From an uncultured Verrucomicrobiae bacterium (GTDB lineage: Bacteria > Verrucomicrobiota > Verrucomicrobiia > Limisphaerales > JAFGQR01), in assembly GCA_963788655.1 (NCBI GenBank), contig CAWBHS010000042.1, forward strand, positions 1 through 16,163: a stretch of DNA of 16,163 nt, read 5' to 3'. The notes below the pieces were generated by a model, which searched no databases, had not been told where the DNA came from, and worked only from the letters and a program-made list of their open reading frames with translations. Position 1 is the first letter of the stretch, and every line of letters begins with the position of its first letter. A program made the position numbers and the translations under genes. Below, in pieces: positions 12,220-16,163 of this stretch.

Positions 12220-12453
12220 ATGAGAACCAGCAGGCTCATCCAAGATGGCGAGTCAGCCGGAAGGCAACCTCCGGTTTTGCCGCAGGACTCCAACTGCACC
12301 CGAGTTGAAATCCGTTGGTGCGAGAGTGAAACCCAAGCGATTGATTTCCGTCCGGTGACCTTGGACATGCCGTCTCGCAGTAAGAATAGTGGGCGTCGCT
12401 GTTCCTGGCGAATTCCATCAACCCCATGGAAGCAAAGAAGTCGCATCGAATGA
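12220..12453 (+). CDS. Possible small leader ORF (77 aa), hypothetical
   Basis: MRTSRLIQDGESAGR...; its N-terminus resembles the ORF at 13992; its TGA overlaps ATG 12450. Confidence 0.3.
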   Translation: MRTSRLIQDGESAGRQPPVLPQDSNCTRVEIRWCESETQAIDFRPVTLDMPSRSKNSGRRCSWRIPSTPWKQRSRIE

Positions 12454-13049
12454 AAGAACTGCGCGAAAACGCCCCACCGAAAGCAGCGAAGCAAGCGATG
12501 AAGCCACTCCGTAATAATAGTCGAGGTGCCGTAGCAGTTGCCGGCCCCACGCAAATCCCGGCGCCTCCATCTGCGCGCATCCTGGTGGTCGAGGACAACG
12601 TGGAAATCCGCCAACTCAGCACGCAAATACTCATGCGCTCCGGCGGCTACCAAGTGGACGCCGCCGGGGACGGGGCCGCAGGTTGGGAGGCACTCCAGGC
12701 GAGCAATTTCGACCTTCTGATTACCGACCACAACATGCCGAAATTGACCGGCGTGGAGCTGGTTAAAAAAGTGCGTTCCGCGCGCATGGCCCTACCGGTC
12801 ATCCTGGCGACCGGCACGTTGCCCGAGGAGGAGTTGGCGCGGCACCCGTGGCTCCAGCTTGCCGCCACCCTGTTCAAGCCCTTCTCCCCTCACCAATTGT
12901 TGGCCACGGTGCAAGCGGTCCTCGGCGTGGACGAGCGTAGTGCTCGCGTCGCCCCTGAGCATTGCTTCCCGATGTTTGCCGCCCCATTCAGGCAGCCCTT
13001 GCCGTACCCTCAATCCGACCACCATGACCAAAGCACTCCCCACATTTAA
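12450..13049 (+). CDS. Stand-alone response regulator receiver (CheY-like) protein; start may be 12426
   Basis: RILVVEDN...FDLLITDHNMPKLTGVEL...PVILATG...KPF retains the phosphoacceptor Asp, the Thr and the Lys; there is no HTH output domain. Confidence 0.9.
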   Translation: MKELRENAPPKAAKQAMKPLRNNSRGAVAVAGPTQIPAPPSARILVVEDNVEIRQLSTQILMRSGGYQVDAAGDGAAGWEALQASNFDLLITDHNMPKLTGVELVKKVRSARMALPVILATGTLPEEELARHPWLQLAATLFKPFSPHQLLATVQAVLGVDERSARVAPEHCFPMFAAPFRQPLPYPQSDHHDQSTPHI

Positions 13050-13079
13050 AGCGAAAACAAAACCGAAAACAGAAACAAA

Positions 13080-13901
13080 ATGAAAGCAATCCATACGTTC
13101 GCGCTGATCGTTGTCGGCGCCGGGTTAGGCACCAGCACACCGCTGGGCGCTTCCGAAATCGACGACCGCATTGAGTCGTCCTTCAACCAGTCCTACGCGT
13201 ACCGCACTCACCTTAAAGATGACGCCATCAAGACCGTGTCCCGGAATGGAATGGTCACGTTGACCGGGCAGGTCAACGAAGCCAGCCACAAGTCCCTGGC
13301 CCAGGAAGTCGCGACCGGCTTGCCGGGGGTCCAGCGGGTGGACAATCGGCTGGAAGTCAAACTGGAGGGCACGGAGAAATCGGATACGTGGATCCGCGCG
13401 AAAGTGCGCAGCGTCCTGGCGTTGCATCGCAACGTGAGCGGCAGTCACACGCAAGTGGATATCCGAGATGGCGTGATCACCCTGCGCGGCGCCGCCACGA
13501 GCGAGGCGCAAAAGGAGTTGGCCGCCGAATATGCCGAAGACGTCCAAGGGGTTTTGCGGGTGACGAATGTAATGACGGTGGTCCGGCCCCCGGCCCCGGC
13601 GAACGAAACGGTGGTTGAGCCCGTTGATGACGCCTCCATCACCGCTCAGGTCAAGGTGGTCTTGCAATTGCATCGTTCCACCAGTTCCGTCCGCACCCAG
13701 GTCGGAACGACCAATGGCGTCGTCACGGTTAGCGGCCTGGCCAAGAATCGGGCGGAGAAGACGCTGGTCACAAAACTCGCCACCGACATCAGCGGGGTGA
13801 AGCGCGTCGTTAACAACATGACCCTGGCGCCGGCGGTGTCGGAACGAGGCATCCGACCGGTCCGGCCCGGGATCCTGCGAGTGGTGAGCACGACCGACTA
13901 G
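13080..13901 (+). CDS. OsmY-like exported protein with three BON domains
   Basis: Signal peptide, then three repeats: GMVTLTGQV...GVQRVDNRL, GVITLRGAA...GVLRVTNVM, GVVTVSGLA...GVKRVVNNM; also DDASITAQVK. Confidence 0.92.
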   Translation: MKAIHTFALIVVGAGLGTSTPLGASEIDDRIESSFNQSYAYRTHLKDDAIKTVSRNGMVTLTGQVNEASHKSLAQEVATGLPGVQRVDNRLEVKLEGTEKSDTWIRAKVRSVLALHRNVSGSHTQVDIRDGVITLRGAATSEAQKELAAEYAEDVQGVLRVTNVMTVVRPPAPANETVVEPVDDASITAQVKVVLQLHRSTSSVRTQVGTTNGVVTVSGLAKNRAEKTLVTKLATDISGVKRVVNNMTLAPAVSERGIRPVRPGILRVVSTTD

Positions 13902-13937
13902 GTTTACGGACGCGGGTCGTTCCTGTTCCCGAAACAG

Positions 13938-13983
13938 ATGGGGTGAACACCCCATAGCGCCGGCACGCTTTTCAGGTGACGTT
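13938..13983 (+). promoter_or_regulatory. Palindromic box copy 4 (ATGGGGTGAACACCCCATAGC, 13938-13958) plus -10-like GACGTT (13978-13983)
   Basis: Perfect 8-2-8 inverted repeat followed by the shared AGC tail; 22 nt to the hexamer. Confidence 0.7.
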
Positions 13984-13991
13984 CTCCGGTC

Positions 13992-14078
13992 ATGAATAGC
14001 AGACGACTCATCCAAAATGGAAAGTCCGACCGCGCACCACTGCGGCGGGCGGATCGGCTGAACCCATTCAGATCGTGA
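13992..14078 (+). CDS. Possible 28-aa leader peptide
   Basis: MNSRRLIQNGKSDRAPLRRADRLNPFRS*; similar to the start of the 12220 ORF and at the same distance from its box. Confidence 0.3.
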   Translation: MNSRRLIQNGKSDRAPLRRADRLNPFRS

Positions 14079-14087
14079 AAGGAAAAT

Positions 14088-14243
14088 ATGTTAGGAACTA
14101 TCTTGGTGATTTTGCTCGTTCTCATGTTGCTCGGCGCCCTCCCGACCTGGCCCCACAGCCGGCGTTGGGGGTATTACCCGAGCGGCGGACTGGGCCTGGT
14201 GCTGGCCATTCTGGTTGTCTTGCTCTTGCTGGGCAGACTCTGA
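14088..14243 (+). CDS. DUF3309-like small membrane protein (51 aa; below the ORF-track cutoff)
   Basis: MLGTILVILLVLMLLGALPTWPHSRRWGYYPSGGLGLVLAILVVLLLLGRL*; SD AAGGA upstream. Confidence 0.9.
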   Translation: MLGTILVILLVLMLLGALPTWPHSRRWGYYPSGGLGLVLAILVVLLLLGRL

Positions 14244-14340
14244 GCCAGAGAGGTACGAATTCGAACGCGCCGTGGGCCATCCGCCCGCCCGGTCGGGTGA
14301 AGACCAACCAATCACCGCAGCAAGAGAAAGCCCATCCAAA

Positions 14341-14550
14341 ATGACACCATTGCTCCGCCGAGTGCTTCACGTTGGGGTGATCGTAACGACGGTCGTTCAA
14401 CGAATCTGGGAAAGCATCTTAAGGCTCTTACCTTCCCAAGCGCCGGTGACCCGGCGAACCACGGAAAGACTCGCTGCGCTCAAGCGCAAAGAGATGGAAT
14501 TGGAACGGCTCGATCGCCTGAGAAATCCCCGCGACTATCAAGGAAGGTGA
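14341..14550 (+). CDS. Small hypothetical protein (69 aa)
   Basis: MTPLLRRVLH...ERLAALKRKEMELERLDRLRNPRDYQGR*; protein-like charged helical C-terminus; collinear with neighbouring genes. Confidence 0.55.
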   Translation: MTPLLRRVLHVGVIVTTVVQRIWESILRLLPSQAPVTRRTTERLAALKRKEMELERLDRLRNPRDYQGR

Positions 14551-14787
14551 GGCTCCTGCCTGCGTCGCGCCGCAATTCCACCCCGACGTTCCTCAAGGTT
14601 CTGTTGCTGAACTTTCCCTCCCGCAGTCGTCTGTGTTGTGCGCACAGATAGGCCGATTATTGGCCCGCTAAACAACCAAACTGATCAACGTCCGGAATGT
14701 GCCGGGCTGCCTGTTCGATCTCGAACCGCCCCGCCTGTGCTGCTGGAGAAGAGGGGCGCCGGTGCCCATCCATTCAGCTTCAGCCCG

Positions 14788-14900
14788 GTAGCGCAGAGTT
14801 GCACTCTGCGGGCCGCTGCGTCAATCCCCGCGGGCTCCGAAGTTGCGTACAGCTTGCCGAATACAATTCGGCGATACAGCAGATTGAAAATCTGCGCTAC
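14788..14900. repeat. GTAG-type REP doublet (REPIN/BIME-like)
   Basis: GTAGCGCAGAGTTGCACTCTGC (14788-14809) and the inverted GTAGCGCAGATTTTCAATCTGC (14900-14879) are each GTAG plus a hairpin. An inner palindrome GCCGAATACAATTCGGC lies at 14856-14872. Confidence 0.75.
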
Positions 14901-15008
14901 GGCAAAATGTAGTCCATCCTTCCGTCTCATCAGTATGCGGAAGTAGTCCCTCGGGCATGCTGGCAATACTTCTCTATTCCAGGAATACCATTGCCAGCAC
15001 CCATTGGC

Positions 15009-15305
15009 TTACTTCTTTTCCGTGTCCGCTTTGGCTTTTTCGAGTGCCGCCTGGGCGTCCGCTTTCTTTTTATCAGCATCCAGTTGGGCCTGGTCAGCGA
15101 CCTTCTTGGCTTCGATCTTTGCTTTTTCAAGCGCCGCATCCGCATCCGCCTGTTGTTTGTTAGCTTTCGCGGCGGCGTCCACTGCTTCCTTTTGAGTGTC
15201 GATCGTGTTTTGGGTGGCATCGGCATTGTTGTCGATGGCCGTCTTCGGTTTGTCGCAGCCCATGAGGACACAGGCGGCAACGATTCCCAGTATTATTGGT
15301 TTCAT
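15009..15305 (-). CDS. Ala/Lys/Asp-rich small lipoprotein
   Basis: MKPIILGIVAACVLMGC lipobox, then a hydrophilic repetitive helix (ADADAALEKAKIEAKK / ADAQAALEKAKADTEKK); A-rich leader. Confidence 0.85.
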   Translation of the reverse strand: MKPIILGIVAACVLMGCDKPKTAIDNNADATQNTIDTQKEAVDAAAKANKQQADADAALEKAKIEAKKVADQAQLDADKKKADAQAALEKAKADTEKK

Positions 15306-15369
15306 AATTTTCGGTTTTGGTTGTTGACGGCGCTTATTCGCGGTCAGCGTTTTTCAAGCGCGCAGTCGT

Positions 15370-15415
15370 ATTCTGCGCCAATTCGGGAATGGGCGCTATG
15401 GGGTAAATACCCCAT
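15370..15415 (-). promoter_or_regulatory. Palindromic box copy 5 (minus strand ATGGGGTATTTACCCCATAGC, 15415-15395) plus -10-like CAGAAT (15375-15370)
   Basis: Perfect 8-2-8 inverted repeat whose AGC tail points at the only minus-strand gene; 22 nt to the hexamer. Confidence 0.75.
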
Positions 15416-15597
15416 GGCTGTGGGGCAGCCCGAACGAACGCAACCGCCGGAGGATCCCGGGTCCAACCCGGTCCCACCCCGTTGAAGCGAAGTTGGCCCG
15501 GGCAGTTCCAAGGGGGCCGTAACAAAACCCAGGAATGCCCGCGCCGGAAAGCAGCCCCGCCCTGATCACTCCTGGCCGAATCCCTCCCCAATGGCAC

Positions 15598-15643
15598 GGT
15601 AGGGTTATACCCCATAGCCAAGCGCCAGCCCACCGTCTAGCGT
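15598..15643 (+). promoter_or_regulatory. Palindromic box copy 6 (15598-15618) plus -10-like TAGCGT (15638-15643)
   Basis: Exact 21-mer; shares the 25 nt CACGGTAGGGTTATACCCCATAGCC with copy 2. Confidence 0.8.
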
Positions 15644-15678
15644 GATACCCGCGATAAAAAGCAAAGTAACAAATTACT

Positions 15679-16065
15679 ATGAAACATCACAATAACCCTG
15701 ACCCCGCCAAGAGCGCCGGGCGTCAATTGGAGCCGGTTTGCTTCGAATTCACGCATCCCACAGCTACCACCGTTTGTGTGGCCGGGACGTTCAACGACTG
15801 GCAGCCCGAAGCCAAGCCGATGCATCCCGTGGGCGAGGGGCGCTGGCTTAAAGAGACGGTCTTGCCGGCCGGCACCTATGAATACTGCCTGGTGGTGGAC
15901 GGCCATTGGATCCCCGATCCGCGGGCCAAGGAAACGACGCCGAATCCGTTCGGAGGGAGGAACTCGCTGCTGACGGTGCCCAAGTCGCTGGAAGCAACCC
16001 ATCTCGTCGACGCGGAACATTTGCCATTGAAGAACGCCAACAAACCGAAAACACAGATATTATGA
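15679..16065 (+). CDS. Glycogen-binding (AMPK-beta CBM48 / isoamylase early-set) domain protein, paralog 2
   Basis: VCVAGTFNDW...GRWLKETVLPAGTYEYCLVVDGHWIPDP...NPFGGRNSLLTV. Confidence 0.88.
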   Translation: MKHHNNPDPAKSAGRQLEPVCFEFTHPTATTVCVAGTFNDWQPEAKPMHPVGEGRWLKETVLPAGTYEYCLVVDGHWIPDPRAKETTPNPFGGRNSLLTVPKSLEATHLVDAEHLPLKNANKPKTQIL

Positions 16066-16163
16066 GCAAACAAACAAAAGCAATCAGCAACGACCTGGGC
16101 CAACTGGCCGACGACGCGCGCGCCTTGATGGTCGCCACCGCCGGCGTGGCTGACGAAAAAGTC
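16062..16163 (+). CDS. DUF883 / ElaB-YqjD-like protein, N-terminus (3'-truncated by the window)
   Basis: MSKQTKAISNDLGQLADDARALMVATAGVADEKV resembles the DL..L..D...L...TA....EK start of the family; ATGA overlap with the upstream gene. Confidence 0.7.
   Translation, partial: MSKQTKAISNDLGQLADDARALMVATAGVADEKV

Noticed and set aside
14165..14180. Box-like TGGGGGTATTACCCGA inside DUF3309
   Set aside because: It encodes the conserved WGYYP motif, lacks the CCCCATAGC tail and has the wrong spacing.
14630..14648. Short palindrome TCTGTG-N7-CACAGA as a CRP/FNR-like site
   Set aside because: Single occurrence, non-canonical spacing, and located between convergent gene ends with no gene to control.
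14638..14966. ORFs 14638-14946 (+) and 14685-14966 (-)
   Set aside because: They are translations through the REP element (VAQIFNLLYRRIVFG) with no other protein-like signal.
14991..15485. Plus-strand 164-aa ORF
   Set aside because: Antisense to the lipoprotein gene 15009-15305, which has a lipobox, an A-rich leader and its own box.
7833..15618. The 21-bp repeat as a CRISPR array or integron attC cassette array
   Set aside because: Copies are 0.2-3 kb apart with whole multi-gene blocks between them and occur in both orientations. There is no cas or integrase gene and no RYYYAAC/GTTRRRY ends. The fixed spacing to a -10-like hexamer fits a promoter element better.
7440..15633. Minus-strand ORFs containing MGYNPT (7440-7850, 10626-11024, 11836-12243, 15334-15633)
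   Set aside because: The shared peptide is simply the reverse complement of the DNA box; the sequences are unrelated beyond it.

Overview
GC-rich bacterial DNA in two parts. The gene families, A-rich SD-less leaders and REP type suggest Verrucomicrobiota, but this is an inference. (1) Bases 1-7696 hold an almost complete N-type (alternative F-type, probably Na+-translocating) ATPase operon in the order atpD-C-Q-R-B-E-F-A-G. A VIT1/CCC1-family metal transporter gene is inserted between atpA and atpG. (2) Bases 7833-16163 are a dense island of small membrane, lipoprotein and stress-type genes: a helical lipoprotein, lmo0937-like, DUF3185, MlaE, a 21-codon possible ATPase remnant, MlaD, Thivi_2564-like, a truncated DUF502, two glycogen-binding-domain paralogs, a stand-alone receiver protein, a triple-BON protein, DUF3309, an Ala/Lys-rich lipoprotein and a DUF883/ElaB-like gene. 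The strongest unexplained signal is a palindromic box found six times in intergenic DNA: GGTAGGGTTATACCCCATAGC four times exactly, plus two ATGGGGTRAAYACCCCAT variants. Each copy points toward a downstream gene block and lies 22-23 nt before a -10-like hexamer. This looks like the operator/promoter of an uncharacterised regulon. A GTAG-type REP doublet lies at 14788-14900. Many single-base frameshifts in bases 1-10400 are most likely long-read sequencing errors. Family names come from recognising the protein sequences, not from database searches.
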